A stretch of DNA of 64,000 nucleotides from positions 5,592 to 69,591 of the forward strand of contig JAEZAW010000239.1 of the NCBI GenBank assembly GCA_023430315.1. Reading direction: 5' to 3'. The notes beneath the pieces were generated by a model. That model saw only the letters and a program-made list of their open reading frames with translations. It did not search any database and was not told the origin of the DNA. Below are positions 9,801 through 20,728 of the stretch, piece by piece. The stretch comes from Pseudomonadota bacterium. GTDB lineage: Bacteria; Pseudomonadota; Alphaproteobacteria; Rhizobiales; Hyphomicrobiaceae. Positions within the stretch are counted from its first letter, which is position 1; every line of letters begins with the position of its first letter. A program made the translations under genes and the position numbers.

Positions 9801-12644
9801 GTTGCCGGTCAGATCCTTCCACGTTCCGGCAGCGCCGGGGACGTTGGCCTGACCGCCGAGCCGGCCTTCGACGCCGACCTCTCTGGCGACGTTCGTCACC
9901 TGCTCGGCGAAGGTCGCGAGGGTGTCGATCATATTGTTGATCGTGTCTGCAAGTGCCGCAACCTCGCCCTTGGCCTGCACGGTCAGCCGCTGATTGAGGT
10001 TGCCGTTGGCGACCGCCGTCACGACTTTGACGATGCCTCGCACCTGCTCGGTGAGATTCGAGGCCATGAAGTTCACGTTGTCGGTCAGATCTCGCCAAGT
10101 ACCGCCGACGCCGGCCACCTGAGCCTGTCCGCCGAGCTTGCCCTCGGTGCCGACCTCACGCGCCACGCGCGTCACCTCGCCGGCGAAGGCATTGAGCTGA
10201 TCGACCATCGTGTTGATGGTGTTCTTCAGCTCGAGAATTTCACCCTTCACGTCGACCGTGATCTTGCGATTGAGATCGCCGCGCGCGATGGCCGTTGCGA
10301 CGTCGGCGATGTTGCGAACCTGGCCCGTCAGATTGGAGGCCATCGAGTTCACGTTGTCGGGGAGGTCCTTCCAGGTGCCGGCGACACCGGGGACCGCCGC
10401 CTGTCCACCGAGCTTGCCTTCGGTGCCGCCCTCGCGCGCAACACGGCTCACCTCGGCGGCGAAGGAGCGGAGCTGATCCACCATGGTATTGATGGTTTCT
10501 TTCAGCTCCAGGATCTCGCCGCGGACGTCGACCGTGATCTTTTTCGACAGGTCACCGTTGGCGACGGCGATCGTGACCTCGGCTATATTCCGCACCTGGC
10601 CCGTCAGATTGTTGGCCATCGAGTTGACGTTGTCGGTGAGGTCCTTCCACGTGCCGGCGACACCGGGGACGGCCGCCTGTCCGCCAAGCTTGCCTTCGGT
10701 GCCGACCTCGCGCGCGACACGGCTGACCTCGCCGGCGAAGGCATTGAGCTGATCGACCATCGTGTTGATGGTGTTCTTCACCTCGAGGATCTCGCCGCGA
10801 ACATCCGCCGTGATCTTCTTCGAAAGATCGCCGCGCGCCACGGCTGTGGTGACCTCTGCGATATTGCGGACCTGTCCCGTCAGGTTCGACGCCATGAAGT
10901 TCACGTTGTCAGTGAGGTCTTTCCACGTGCCGGCGACGCCGGGAACGGCCGCCTGTCCGCCGAGCTTGCCTTCGGTGCCGACCTCGCGGGCGACGCGCGT
11001 GACTTCGGATGCAAAGCCGTTGAGCTGATCGACCATCGTATTGATAGTGTTCTTCAGGGCCAGGATCTCGCCCTTCACGTCGACCGTGATCTTGCGTGAG
11101 AGGTCGCCTTTCGCAACGGCCGTCGTCACTTCGGCGATATTGCGCACCTGTCCCGTCAGGTTCGACGCCATCGAATTGACGTTGTCGGTGAGGTCTTTCC
11201 AAGTACCGGCCACACCCTCGACGGCGGCTTGCCCACCGAGAATGCCTTCGGTGCCCACCTCGCGCGCGACGCGCGTCACCTCCGAGGCGAAGCCGTTGAG
11301 CTGATCGACCATCGTATTGATGGTGTTCTTCAGCGCCAGGATTTCGCCCTTCACGTCGACCGTGATCTTTCGGGAAAGATCGCCTTTCGCAACGGCCGTC
11401 GTCACCTCGGCAATGTTGCGCACCTGACCCGTCAAGTTCGACGCCATGGAGTTCACGGAGTCGGTGAGATCCTTCCACGTACCGGCGACGCCACCAACCT
11501 GAGCCTGTCCGCCGAGCTTGCCTTCGGTGCCGACTTCGCGGGCGACGCGCGTCACCTCGGCCGCAAAGCCGTTGAGCTGATCGACCATCGTATTGATCGT
11601 CTCTTTCAGCTCGAGAATCTCGCCCTTCACATCGACGGTGATCTTGCGTGAAAGATCACCGCGAGCAACGGCCGTGGTCACCTGCGCGATGTTGCGAACC
11701 TGCGCCGTCAGGTTGGTCGCCATGGCGTTCACGGAGTCGGTGAGATCTTTCCATGTACCCGCGACACCGGGAACAACTGCCTGTCCGCCGAGGCGCCCGT
11801 CTGTGCCGACTTCGCGGGCGACGCGCGTCACCTCCGAAGCGAAAGCGCGCAGCTGATCCACCATCGTGTTGATGGCTTCCTTGAGCAGCAGGATCTCGCC
11901 GCGAACGTCGACCGTGATCTTCTTCGACAAGTCGCCATTGGCGACAGCAATCGTCACATCAGCAATATTGCGAACCTGAGCCGTGAGGTTGCCCGCCATT
12001 TGGTTGACGGACTCGGTGAGTTCCCGCCAGACGCCCGAGACGCCCTTCACCTGCGCCTGGCCGCCCAACTTGCCTTGCGTTCCCACCTCGCGGGCGACGC
12101 GCGTCACCTCGGATGTGAACACGGAGAGCTGCTCGATCATCGCATTGACGAGCTTCGCCGAGCGTAGGAATTCGCCCTTGAGAGCGCGCCCGTCGACCTC
12201 CAGCTCCATGGACTGTCCGAGGTCGCCCTTCGCGACGGCACCAATCGTGCGCGCGATTTCGGTCGTCGGCCGCACGAGATCATCGAGCAGCGTGTTGATG
12301 GAATCGACTTTCGCCGCCCACTCGCCACCCATCCCCTGCAGCGACATGCGCTGCCGGAGACGACCTTCTCTACCGACCGTCACGCTCAAGCGGGTCAGGT
12401 CACGCCAGATGCGCTCTTGGTCGCTGATGGCTTGATTGAATGCTTCCGCTATGCGCGCATCGGTCCCGTCCCAGTCCAGCGGCAGGCGCGCGGAGAAGTC
12501 ACCCTCGCGAAATGCAATCATCGCGGACAGAATTCTGCGAGATCGGGCTTCTGCTCCTTCCACTCTGCTCGACGGTGTCGCGAGTTCACTGGATGCGGCA
12601 GTCTCCGGCTTCCTACGTGAACGGGGCAGAGTGGTGTCGGTCAT
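6891..12644 (-). CDS. Poly-HAMP hybrid histidine kinase (HAMP repeats-GAF-HisKA-HATPase-3xREC)
   Basis: 1917 aa; repeated [15 protein letters not shown] units; [21 protein letters not shown]; three receiver domains. Confidence 0.95.
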   Translation of the reverse strand: MTDTTLPRSRRKPETAASSELATPSSRVEGAEARSRRILSAMIAFREGDFSARLPLDWDGTDARIAEAFNQAISDQERIWRDLTRLSVTVGREGRLRQRMSLQGMGGEWAAKVDSINTLLDDLVRPTTEIARTIGAVAKGDLGQSMELEVDGRALKGEFLRSAKLVNAMIEQLSVFTSEVTRVAREVGTQGKLGGQAQVKGVSGVWRELTESVNQMAGNLTAQVRNIADVTIAVANGDLSKKITVDVRGEILLLKEAINTMVDQLRAFASEVTRVAREVGTDGRLGGQAVVPGVAGTWKDLTDSVNAMATNLTAQVRNIAQVTTAVARGDLSRKITVDVKGEILELKETINTMVDQLNGFAAEVTRVAREVGTEGKLGGQAQVGGVAGTWKDLTDSVNSMASNLTGQVRNIAEVTTAVAKGDLSRKITVDVKGEILALKNTINTMVDQLNGFASEVTRVAREVGTEGILGGQAAVEGVAGTWKDLTDNVNSMASNLTGQVRNIAEVTTAVAKGDLSRKITVDVKGEILALKNTINTMVDQLNGFASEVTRVAREVGTEGKLGGQAAVPGVAGTWKDLTDNVNFMASNLTGQVRNIAEVTTAVARGDLSKKITADVRGEILEVKNTINTMVDQLNAFAGEVSRVAREVGTEGKLGGQAAVPGVAGTWKDLTDNVNSMANNLTGQVRNIAEVTIAVANGDLSKKITVDVRGEILELKETINTMVDQLRSFAAEVSRVAREGGTEGKLGGQAAVPGVAGTWKDLPDNVNSMASNLTGQVRNIADVATAIARGDLNRKITVDVKGEILELKNTINTMVDQLNAFAGEVTRVAREVGTEGKLGGQAQVAGVGGTWRDLTDNVNFMASNLTEQVRGIVKVVTAVANGNLNQRLTVQAKGEVAALADTINNMIDTLATFAEQVTNVAREVGVEGRLGGQANVPGAAGTWKDLTGNVNLLAANLTSQVRAIAEVATAVTKGDLTRSIQVETRGEVAELKDNINTMISNLRETTARNRDEGWLKTNLARFTGMLQGQRELNTVSQILLSELSPLIKAYQGTIYHLSGGDGGGELRLLSSYAHRGTIIERLALGEGLAGQCAVEKKRILLTDVPSEFITISSSLGEAKRISIVVLPVLFEGETKAVIELAALQPFSEVDLAFLDQLTLSIGVVFNTIEATMRTEGLLTQSQQLTVELQSRQSELQLRNEELGTKARLLAEQNAEVERKNAEVEQARYALEEKAAELALTSKYKSEFLANMSHELRTPLNSILILSQQLAANASGSLSEREVDFSRNIHSSGSDLLHLINDILDLSKIESGTVTVEIEEITFAGLHETIDRNFRHVAEAKSLPFYVHFADTLPHSMDSDPKRLQQILKNLLSNAVKFTASGHVNVRVESASSGWSVGHPVLSKAEHVIAFTVEDTGIGIAPEKQKLIFEAFQQADAGTSRKFGGTGLGLAISKELAQLLGGEIRLASTLGKGSTFTLFLPLRYAGSEGLIDISGDTRIAAVTETRELISLPVPREEPIQDDRNDIAKGHPVLLIIEDDSHYARILLDMAREKGFKGIVTNKGAAGLFLARQFRPTAISLDIFLPDMLGWTVLNQLKLDPATRHIPVQVITLEDERRHGLAHGAFSYVVKGPTTEGLEAAFDRIKQFTAPRKKRLLIVEDNDIERQSIVELLDHDDIEVVAVPTGREALHALSDKTTDCMVLDMRLPDMTGFDLLEKVRKNPNWTDLAVVVFTGKDLMAEEHARLRAVAKSIVIKDVQSPERLLDETSLFLHRVVTDLPMSKQTMLQRLHGSNEVLKSRKVLVVDDDARNIFALTSLLENYEMEVLNTTSGRAAIEIVQNTPDLDIVLMDIMMPDMDGYETMRSIRAMSEHRTLPILALTAKAMKGDREKCLDAGASDYISKPVNPDQLLSLMRVWLFR
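9700..12400 (-). repeat. 276-bp (92-aa) tandem HAMP repeats, 9 clear plus 1 degenerate unit
   Basis: Periodicity visible in DNA and in protein; boundaries approximate. Confidence 0.9.
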
Positions 12645-12982
12645 GTTCTCACCGCGACAGTAGAATGCTCACTTCGTGCGAGACAGCGCGGCGTTCACCG
12701 CGCGCCGTCACGGCTCCATCCAGGTGCATCAGCGGCGGCTACCGCTGGCTACTGAGATTGTCGAAGTGTCCCTCTCGAAGAATTGCCTAAGCCCTGCACG
12801 CGCGCAAGCGACGGCATGCAATAACTTATTGAATCCAATAGGATATCTACGGACCCAGTTTAGATAAACGCTTGAAGTCGGCTTTAGTTCCATTCAGCCG
12901 ACGGCAGGGCTGGTCAGGATCGGCCGACGCGAGAATGTCTCCAAGCGCGGCTGCGCACGCTTTACGCTGGAGCGCGAGGAAC

Positions 12983-13007
12983 GGAACGCCGCCGATACCC
13001 GTGCGTT
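12983..13007 (+). promoter_or_regulatory. EcfG-type GSR promoter
   Basis: GGAAC-N16-CGTT. Confidence 0.7.
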
Positions 13008-13039
13008 CGTCGAGGAAGACCTCAGCCAGGAGCAATCAC

Positions 13040-13249
13040 ATGGCGAGCAGGGACATTGAGCACGAAGCGCGAGAAGGGCGCGAGCATCGCGGCGTGAGCG
13101 GCACATTCATCGCAGTTTGCGCGGCGATCATATTGCTGGCGATTGCATTCTTCGCAACCTACGAACCCACGGGCAACACATTCACGGAGTGGCCACGAAA
13201 TGCGACCGCTCCGCAGCCTCAGTCGGAGCCCGCCGAGCGAAGGCCATGA
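13040..13249 (+). CDS. Small single-pass membrane protein
   Basis: AGGAG RBS; MASRDIEHEARE..TFIAVCAAIILLAIAFFATY..Pro-rich tail. Confidence 0.65.
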   Translation: MASRDIEHEAREGREHRGVSGTFIAVCAAIILLAIAFFATYEPTGNTFTEWPRNATAPQPQSEPAERRP

Positions 13250-13300
13250 ATGCAACGCCGCTCGACGCATTCCATCTCCTCGGCTGTGTGAGATAAACAG

Positions 13301-13510
13301 ATGTCGATCCATGAACTCGTTGCGGAAATCCGGGCCGCGGCAGGAAGCCTTCTCACTGCCGCGGCAGCGGCGGAGGATGGGGATCTGGCTGCTGCAGAGA
13401 TTGGCGTCGAAGATGCTTTATTTCGCGCGCAAAGCATTCTTCCGCGCTTGCAGTCTGCGGCAATGGACACGCCGTCTGCGCCACCACCCGGCGATCCCTC
13501 GACTAAGTGA
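13301..13510 (+). CDS. Small hypothetical helical protein
   Basis: 69-aa Ala-rich ORF co-oriented with neighbours. Confidence 0.4.
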   Translation: MSIHELVAEIRAAAGSLLTAAAAAEDGDLAAAEIGVEDALFRAQSILPRLQSAAMDTPSAPPPGDPSTK

Positions 13511-13564
13511 TACGGACGAGGCGATGTGCGGCCATTGACCGTAAGAGTTCGCTTCGCCGGTGTC

Positions 13565-13590
13565 GGAACAAACTGATTTGGACGCACGTT
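13565..13590 (+). promoter_or_regulatory. EcfG-type GSR promoter
   Basis: GGAAC-N17-CGTT. Confidence 0.75.
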
Positions 13591-13629
13591 GGTTGGCTAC
13601 ACAGCAGTCCAATCAGAGGAGTGAGAAGG

Positions 13630-13860
13630 ATGGCTATCAGCACATCTGAAATCCGCGAACACATGAAAGTCGTAGGTTCTGACGGTCAGCACGTTGGAAC
13701 GGTCGATCGTGTGGAAGGTGACCGTATCAAGTTGACGAAGTCGGATCCGGCCGCCGGCGGGCAGCATCACTATATCGATCTGTCCGAAGTCGCGAAGATC
13801 AAGGGTGGCGAAGTCTGCCTGTCGTCGAAGGCGGAAGAAGCAAAGCAGCGCTTCAACTGA
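13630..13860 (+). CDS. DUF2171 domain protein
   Basis: IREHMKVVGSDGQHVGTVDRVEGDRIKLTKSD...HHYI signature. Confidence 0.85.
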   Translation: MAISTSEIREHMKVVGSDGQHVGTVDRVEGDRIKLTKSDPAAGGQHHYIDLSEVAKIKGGEVCLSSKAEEAKQRFN

Positions 13861-13951
13861 GCCTTGGAAAACCACGAGCGCGGCGCCTGCCTATGGTGCC
13901 GCGCTGTGCCGTCCCTCATATCGAAGTCTGCAGTCGCTTGCCAATTCAGCG

Positions 13952-14515
13952 ATGGCGCAGATAACGAGGCGGATGTCCGCCTGGTCCCTGTTGCGCAATG
14001 TCGAGTCCTTGTTCATAGACTGGACGTCGATGTTCCGGCCCTCGATGGGGGTGTTGGAAATCGTGGTGCGCGGTACGATCATGTATCTCGCGCTGTTCAT
14101 TATCCTTCGTTTCGTTGCGAGGAGACAGTCCGGCCGCTTCGGTACGGCCGACCTGCTCGTTGTCGTACTCATTGCAGACGCGGCTCAGAACGCGCTTGGA
14201 AAGGAGTATCAATCGGTCACTGAGGGCATTGCGCTGGTGCTCACGATCGTCGCGTGGGAGCGTATTCTCGATTGGCTGTCGTGGCGCTATCCGGCGCTTC
14301 GCCCTTGGCTACAGGCTGAGCCCCTCAAGCTCATCTCCGGCGGTCAAATGCTGAAAGAGAACATGCGCCGGGAGATGTTGAGCGAGGAGGAGCTGCTTGC
14401 GGGCCTGCGGGAGCAAGGCGTCGACGACATCAAGTTCGTCAAGGAGGCGTACGTCGAGCAAAGTGGCCACCTGAGCGTCATCACGACCGAGCGCTATCGC
14501 GCTGGGTGGGTGTAG
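13952..14515 (+). CDS. DUF421/YetF family membrane protein
   Basis: DLLVVVLIADAAQNA and LREQGVDDIKFVKEAYVEQSGHLSVI motifs; start uncertain. Confidence 0.85.
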   Translation: MAQITRRMSAWSLLRNVESLFIDWTSMFRPSMGVLEIVVRGTIMYLALFIILRFVARRQSGRFGTADLLVVVLIADAAQNALGKEYQSVTEGIALVLTIVAWERILDWLSWRYPALRPWLQAEPLKLISGGQMLKENMRREMLSEEELLAGLREQGVDDIKFVKEAYVEQSGHLSVITTERYRAGWV

Positions 14516-14829
14516 CGCTCAGGAGGGCTGGGGACAACTAATATGGAAACTATCAGTCCGTGTCGGGGAGCGCCCCTCGGAAAGCGCGGCGTGCATGTTC
14601 CCCCGGGATCAGGTCTTTGCAAAGACGCCGTCGGTGGGGCCTCATTGAAAGTGCGATCGCGAGTAAGCCGCCGTTCCAGCGCCCCGTTCGGTGAGGCGCT
14701 GCGGCCAACGTGCGCGGCGGCGCGGTCTGCGCTTGGCGGCCGATCGGAAATAACGTCGTCGGCTGTCCTTTCACAAAGAGGAACGCATTGGCTCGGTCAC
14801 AGGCCTCTGATATCATTGTGATAATGGAG

Positions 14830-15210
14830 ATGCGACAGGCCGTGCTGTACTTGCTGTGCGGGAAGATTGCAGCCGGTAAATCGACGCTCGCTCGAAAACT
14901 CGCGCAACGTACTGCAACGATTTATAGGCTTGGACGACGGATGTCGATCCTCTTTCCCTCAGAGAACGAAACCATTGAGGAATTCGCGGTTCTGTCAGCG
15001 CGGCTGCGCAATGCCATTGGCCCGCATATTGTTGCAATTCTGCGAGCAGGCCTATCTGTGGTGTTGGACTTCCCAGCAAACACCGTCGAGTGGCGCCTTT
15101 GGATCTGTCGTTGGCTGAGGAAGCTGGCGTTGCCAATGAGCTGCACGTGCTCGACGTTTCCGACCATGAATGCAAGCGCGACTGAAAAAGCGCAATGCGA
15201 GCGGCTCGCT
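14830..15210 (+). pseudogene. AAA_33-type P-loop kinase, frameshifted and truncated
   Basis: LYLLCGKIAAGKSTLA Walker A, VVLDFPANT; continuation (ANELHVLDV, RLKKRNASG) lies in other frames. Confidence 0.75.
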
Positions 15211-15230
15211 GCGCTGGGCAGCAACAATCG

Positions 15231-15593
15231 CTACCGCCGGCCCTTCCCTTGACCGCCCCCGCTCCCAGGTCCAATGCCTTGACCGCCTCCATTCCCCGGT
15301 CCAATGCCTTGACCGCTCCCGTTCCCAGGTCCGGCCCCAGTGGCTTGGCTGCTGCTCACCGAAGCTCCAGCGTGCCCATAACTAAGTTGCCCATCACGGC
15401 GCTCTTTGCGGAAGCAATCGTCACGCGGATCCGGCGGCATCGTCCGCCGCCGGTGCGCGCATTGCGCATCCAGCTTTTCTTGCAAAGAAACGTCGCGGCC
15501 GGATGCTTCATCCTGTTTGCCCTGGGCAATTGCGTGACCTAAAAAACCATCCGCGGAACCGAGGACCGCAACTGTTAGGAGTATCCTGAACAT
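15231..15593 (-). CDS. Secreted protein with Gly-rich repeat tail
   Basis: GGAGG RBS, signal-like N-terminus, tail GPGNGSGQGI-GPGNGGGQGI-GPGSGGGQGK. Confidence 0.5.
   Translation of the reverse strand: MFRILLTVAVLGSADGFLGHAIAQGKQDEASGRDVSLQEKLDAQCAHRRRTMPPDPRDDCFRKERRDGQLSYGHAGASVSSSQATGAGPGNGSGQGIGPGNGGGQGIGPGSGGGQGKGRR
15247..15332. repeat. 30-bp tandem repeat x3 (coding)
   Basis: ccttgaccgc...ggtcc(aatg) units at 15247, 15277, 15307. Confidence 0.85.
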
Positions 15594-15861
15594 GGTCCGC
15601 CTCCATTGCTGTACGTCCTGTCCAGAGCCCACGCAAACCTGACGAATTTGCGGCACCAAGACTTGGCCTGAAGCACCGCTGACTTTCGGACGAGCAGAGT
15701 GACAAGCTGGACACATCCATCATTTGCGCCAGAACGACGGCGCATAGCTGAAATTTGGCGGGCCGCCATTTCCGGACCTTTGCACCCCAACAAAGCCAAC
15801 AGGCCAGCGCGGCGTTGTCGACACCGTCGGCACGGGCTGAGCAGCTTTGCTGCTGAAAGTC

Positions 15862-16745
15862 TCAAGTACTTTGGACGCTGTTGCGCCATTTGTAGCTGCA
15901 GGCTTCTTCGATGAAGGCGAGAGCCGCTGGAGGCAGGGCGCGGCGTGCAACGGTGACTACCGACACCGTGCGCACGACTTCTGGGTTTGCCACGAGACGG
16001 TGGCGGATCCCGGGATGAGCGGCTGAGTATTCCGGAAGAAAGCAGATACCCATCCCCGCCGCCACCATCGTCATAATCCAATCTTCCCGCTCGCTTCGAA
16101 AACCTCGATGAAAGTGAACCCCGAATTCACTGCAGAGCTCGAACAAATAGTCACGGTATTCGCAGTTCACGCGTGACAGATAAGTTTGGTCACGGACGTC
16201 AGTCAGATGCAGCGTGGTCCGCTGCTCGAATGGATGCCCGACCGGAAACGCCAGCCCGAACCCCTCGCGATAAACCGGCATTACTTTTAGACGCGGATCG
16301 AACGCATTTGGCTGCGCCATCAGCGCCACGTCGAGCGAGCCGTTGAGCAAGAGCTCAGCCAAGCGCGCAGGTACGTTCTCGATGACTGTCACCTCCACAC
16401 CGGGGTGGCGCTCATGAAACGCGGCTAGAAACGCGACGGCCCGATGGTGCACATCGCTCCTAGTGTCAGTTGCGCAGCCTCAAGATTCAAGAAGCTGCGA
16501 GCGATTGTCCGTGCGTGGTCCCTGCGCTCCAGTACGTCCCTTAGGTGGGGGCACATGAGCCGCCCAAACTCGGTCAGCTCCACGTGTCCCTTGTCCCGGC
16601 AGAACAACTGGCCACCAAGCTCGGCTTCGAGTTTCTGGACGGCGCGAGTGAGGGCTGGTTGGGTGACGTGGCAGTGCTCGGCGGCGCGATGGAAATTGAG
16701 TGCCTGGGCGACTGCCAGAAAATATCGAATCTCGGTCAGTTCCAC
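15862..16745 (-). pseudogene. LysR family regulator, frameshifted near 16440
   Basis: HTH LNFHRAAEHCHVTQPALTRAVQKLE in one frame, substrate domain (HPGVEVTV, VAAGMGICFLP) in another. Confidence 0.85.
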
Positions 16746-16898
16746 GAGGGCAGCTCCTGATGTCAAGGAGGCATCGGTGCGATCACTTAACGGCATTTCC
16801 GAAGCGATTGCGAGAGTATCACGATGTTTCAGGCACCTTCACGTGCGTGTTGGCCAACGTGTCGGTGCTACGTCTCAGTAAAGTGAGGAGGAAGCGTC

Positions 16899-18284
16899 GT
16901 GCTCGACACAGCAAAAATCGCCAATCTAAAGGCTACGCTGCGCGGTGAACTTATCGAGCCGAAGGACCCTACCTACGAGGAAGCACGCGCGCTTTACAAC
17001 GGCATGATCGATAAGCGGCCGCTAGCTTTAGCCCGTTGCATCGACGTTGCAGACGTGATCGCTGTCGTAAATTTCGGACGCGACGAGGGCCTCCCTATCG
17101 CCATCCGGTGTGGAGGCCACAATGGGCCTGGCCTCGGTAGTGTGGACAAGGGCTTGGTCATCGACTTGTCGCAGATGAAAGGCGTCCGTGTTGACCCAGA
17201 GCGTCGCACCGCTCGGGTCGGTGCAGGTTGCACGCAGGGTGACGTCGATCACGCCACCCATGCTTTTGGCCTGGCCGTCCCAGCGGGCATCATATCGACC
17301 ACAGGCATCGCCGGCCTGACGCTTAGCGGCGGCCATGGCTACCTGTCACGCAAGTACGGCCTAACTATCGACAACCTTCTCGAGGCCGACGTCGTACTGG
17401 CCGATGGTAGCTTCGTGACTGCTAGCAAGGAGAAGAACGCCGACCTGCTGTTCGCGCTCCGCGGCGGCGGCGGCAACTTCGGCGTCGTGACCAGCTTCCT
17501 GTTCCAGCTCCACCCGGTGAGCACTGTGTTTGCCGGGCCGATCGCGTGGGACCAGCAGCACGCCCGCACCATCATGCAGCACTATCGGGAGTTTCTGCCA
17601 ACCGCGCCGGAAGATCTCGGCGCTTTCATTGGATTGAAAACGGTCCTCTCTTCGGCCCCGTTCCCCGAGGAGCTATGGGGCAAGCGCATCTGCCTGCTGA
17701 TGTCCTGCTACAACGGCACCGAGGAGGAGGGCAAAAAAGCTTTGGCGCCGCTGCTCGACGCGCTTCCCGAGCCGTGGTTCAACTGGATGGGTACGATGCC
17801 TTATCCCGGCGTGCAGAGCATGTTCGATGGTCTCTACCCCAAAGGCATGCAGTGGTACTGGCGCGGTGATTTCGTCAAGACACTTCCCGACGCGGCAATC
17901 GATGCGCATCTCATACAGGCAGCGAAGACGCCGAGCGAGTTGTCGTTAATGCATCTCTATCCAATTGACGGAGCAGTCCACCGTGTTGGCAAAGATGCTA
18001 CGGCCTGGAATTGCCGAGATGCGACTTGGTCGATGGTCATTGCGGGCATCGACCCGGACCCTAAGAACGCGGGGCGCGTGACGCAGTGGACAAAAGCGTA
18101 CTGGGAGGCCGTACACCCGTTCGACCTGAGTGGCGCCTATCCCAACTTTATGATGGATGACGAGGGTGACGGCCGCCTCAAGGCGACCTATGGCGAAAAC
18201 TACGCGCGCCTGGCAATGGTAAAGAAGAAGTACGATCCGACCAATTTGTTCCGTGTGAACCAGAACATCAAACCTGCTTCCTGA
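16899..18284 (+). CDS. FAD-binding oxidoreductase (berberine bridge enzyme-like)
   Basis: RCGGHN FAD-linkage motif, LRGGGGNFGVVT, KKKYDPTNLF. Confidence 0.92.
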   Translation: MLDTAKIANLKATLRGELIEPKDPTYEEARALYNGMIDKRPLALARCIDVADVIAVVNFGRDEGLPIAIRCGGHNGPGLGSVDKGLVIDLSQMKGVRVDPERRTARVGAGCTQGDVDHATHAFGLAVPAGIISTTGIAGLTLSGGHGYLSRKYGLTIDNLLEADVVLADGSFVTASKEKNADLLFALRGGGGNFGVVTSFLFQLHPVSTVFAGPIAWDQQHARTIMQHYREFLPTAPEDLGAFIGLKTVLSSAPFPEELWGKRICLLMSCYNGTEEEGKKALAPLLDALPEPWFNWMGTMPYPGVQSMFDGLYPKGMQWYWRGDFVKTLPDAAIDAHLIQAAKTPSELSLMHLYPIDGAVHRVGKDATAWNCRDATWSMVIAGIDPDPKNAGRVTQWTKAYWEAVHPFDLSGAYPNFMMDDEGDGRLKATYGENYARLAMVKKKYDPTNLFRVNQNIKPAS

Positions 18285-18534
18285 ACTTCCGTCCGGTCAT
18301 TGCATTCGCTCGTTCGCGATGCCTGTCTTTGTTCGCCAGAGCCAAGGCGGCTGGTCGTGCAGCATCCGGCTGAATAAGAGACCGTGCCACAACATAAAAG
18401 TTGGCCATCAGGTGGTCCCAAGATAGGACAACGGCATCGATACGCCTGTCCGGGATCATAAGCCCGCCCGGTAGCAATTTGACTGCTTGCGACGTTGCAG
18501 GTCCGCTGGGCAGCTTTCACAGCCCTTTGAGCCT

Positions 18535-18750
18535 TTAGGTATCCGCTACCTTCTCCAGCTTGGCAATAAGCGCGTCCACCCGAGCAATCTCGTCGTTGAT
18601 TTGCTCTAAAGTCTTGGCTGTGATGTCCATGCCATCTTTGTGCAGGGTCAATGTGCCCGACGAGAACAAGTCGAACTGGCGCTGGCGCTCTATCCGCTCG
18701 CGCCCCAGGTAGGCTAGGAACGCCACCTTTAGCTCTTGCTTTGACGTCAT
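18535..18750 (-). CDS. Small hypothetical coiled-coil protein
   Basis: GGAGG RBS; 71 aa, DITAKTLEQINDEIARVDALIAKLE. Confidence 0.55.
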   Translation of the reverse strand: MTSKQELKVAFLAYLGRERIERQRQFDLFSSGTLTLHKDGMDITAKTLEQINDEIARVDALIAKLEKVADT

Positions 18751-18899
18751 GGGGCGCCTCCATGCCTTTAGCAAAGCATGGCTCAAAGATGGTCCGTTAG
18801 AATGCCAAGGTCAACCCGCCACCACCACGGTTTGTTGGCTGTCTGGCCTCGCCTTTGACGGCGGCGCACCTGCCCCTGACCGCAAAAGCGCGCCACGGC

Positions 18900-19135
18900 A
18901 TGGCCGGAAAGCTCAGGCAGCTATCATGGTGGAAGACAGACCTCGCTCAAAAGGATCCATCGCCGCTTCAATGACGCGGCGGCGTCTGTAAAAATGTTAG
19001 AGCGCCTTATCGCAAACCGTGAGGCGGCCGTGCGCTACCTTGCGGGTCTTGCTGCGCGAAGCTGAGGCGAAGAGGGAAGTGGCGCGAGCAGGGCACGAAA
19101 ATGCGGGTGTTCGAAACTTCCTCGCCCGTGAGTAG
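18900..19135 (+). pseudogene. Frameshifted copy of the HRRFN small protein family
   Basis: RIHRRFNDAAASVKMLERLIANREAA then shift to LRVLLREAEAKREVAR...FLARE; aligns with 49354-49581. Confidence 0.75.
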
Positions 19136-19165
19136 CAATCTCCCCGCAACCGCTTATGGCTAGGT

Positions 19166-19459
19166 CTAAGTGAGATAAGCGAAAGCCATTATGGCGACGG
19201 CGAGTGCGCCTCCAATGGCGAAGTAGAATATGACTGGTCCCTGCGACGGGTCGGGCGACGGCCTTAGAGGAGGCCGCGCTCGTTCTTCCATTCGCCGTTG
19301 CTCAGGGGTCGGCGGATGTCCCGCGGCTTCATCGTCCGTGCCAAGGGGCGCCGCCGCGGGGTCCGGGTAGGCGACCTTTTCGCCGGTCCGCTCGCTGCTG
19401 ATATCGGCGCGGATGCGGTCGACGGTGGGCGGCTCGGGTGTTCGCTTACGCTCCGGCAT
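19166..19459 (-). CDS. Small protein with C-terminal TM, PDPAAAPLGTDDEAAG motif
   Basis: DRIRADISSERTGEKVAYPDPAAAPLGTDDEAAG; promoter 8 nt upstream (probably leaderless). Confidence 0.7.
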   Translation of the reverse strand: MPERKRTPEPPTVDRIRADISSERTGEKVAYPDPAAAPLGTDDEAAGHPPTPEQRRMEERARPPLRPSPDPSQGPVIFYFAIGGALAVAIMAFAYLT

Positions 19460-19467
19460 GATTCGAG

Positions 19468-19492
19468 AACGCACTGGAGGGGAGAACGTTGC
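19468..19492 (-). promoter_or_regulatory. EcfG-type promoter variant
   Basis: GCAAC-N16-CGTT. Confidence 0.55.
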
Positions 19493-19546
19493 GGCGGAAC
19501 AATTCAAATCCCGTCTCGGTAAACCCCCGACTTTCGGCAGAAAGTC

Positions 19547-19852
19547 TTACTTCTTTCCAAGAAGCACCTGAGCTCTAAGCGTGATCGATTCACGAACTGC
19601 GTCGGCAAATTTCTGAAGGAGCCAAGGCAGAGTAACCTCGACGCGGACCGCCTTATCGCCAACGAGCAAGTTTCCGGTGACAGCCTGGCCGAAGGCCTTG
19701 AGCCGGAAGTCCATGCGTTCACCTGCCCATTGCTCATGCTCAAGTTTAAGGACAGGGAACATTTGAACTGTCCGCCCAAGTGCCGGCCGAAGTCGGCGAA
19801 CGACTTCATCCTTGCTGAGCGAGTGGGAAACAGTGACGATCAGTGGTTCCAT
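19547..19852 (-). CDS. Polyhydroxyalkanoic acid system family protein
   Basis: MEPLIVTVSHSLSKDEVVRRL...VRVEVTLPWLL. Confidence 0.75.
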   Translation of the reverse strand: MEPLIVTVSHSLSKDEVVRRLRPALGRTVQMFPVLKLEHEQWAGERMDFRLKAFGQAVTGNLLVGDKAVRVEVTLPWLLQKFADAVRESITLRAQVLLGKK

Positions 19853-19896
19853 GTGATGTTCGCCCAAAGCGTGCCGCGGATTGGCATCGATCTTTT

Positions 19897-19921
19897 AACG
19901 GGCGGCATCAGTACAAGTTCC
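19897..19921 (-). promoter_or_regulatory. EcfG-type GSR promoter
   Basis: GGAAC-N16-CGTT. Confidence 0.7.
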
Positions 19922-20249
19922 GGGATAGATTACCGTACCATACTCAGCCGCTTTCCACCCTGGGCGGGCTTAGACATCCATGTGAGGAGCTTCAGCTGGC
20001 ATGACGATCAGAGCCCTTTCGTGTACGACGCTCTCCACATGTCCGTGATGGGCGTATGCTCCATGCCTTTCATCTGGATTATGATGGCCTCCGAAGGCTG
20101 CCGTGACCTCGCTGCGTATTCGCGCGTCTCACGATCGTCGCCTCCGACGATAACCGGACTCGCTCCACGCCGACAGGCTACGGTACGGCTATTTCGTGCG
20201 CTTCCAGCCTGCGCAGGCTGTCCCGCCGATCTGGGCCCCAGCAACGCAC

Positions 20250-20610
20250 ATCTTCATCTCGTCTCTTAAGATGGAGACGCTTCGCCTTTGACTTTGTCCG
20301 TCACAGCCCGGGACGGTGCTTCCGTCAATCCGTGAGATGAACGCCCCGTCCTGTTCGGCGACAGACCAACTTCCGGTAGGGCGTTGCTCCCTGCCCGATC
20401 GCCTTGTTCTCATGGTCTGTTCCTGCCATCGCGTTGTTGGACGCGAACTTGGTACGTCCGTACGAAGCGATGGTCGCGAACCGACCGTTGCCGCCATAAA
20501 TCGCAATTCCTTTGGATTTGATCCAAATCGCTGGATCTTCTTTCCATCTTGCTCGACCCACTGCTCTGAGAGTGACCACGTACCTACCGTTCGCTGCCTG
20601 AGTTCCAAGG
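20250..20610 (-). pseudogene. Lipocalin-like domain protein remnant
   Basis: VGTWSL...FGSNPK then shifted KGIAIYGGNGRF...KFASNNAMAGTDHEN; several frameshifts; bounds approximate. Confidence 0.6.
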
Positions 20611-20728
20611 CCGTGTTGAAAGAACATTGCGTCATCTCCCATGGTGTCCATGGCCTGATTTAAATATTTGCATTCAAATCAAGAGAGGGCCTAAAAGGGT
20701 GCCTGATCTCAACGGGTGGAGCGCGTAC

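Noticed and set aside
7038..11651. Long plus-strand ORFs (585, 464, 214 aa)
   Set aside because: Antisense shadows of the poly-HAMP kinase, typical of high-GC codon bias
9700..12400. Long periodic DNA repeat as a CRISPR array or mobile element
   Set aside because: The 276-bp period is in frame within the kinase and varies at synonymous sites; there are no unique spacers
15247..15332. 30-bp repeats as a mini CRISPR
   Set aside because: Head-to-tail with no spacers; encodes Gly-rich decapeptides
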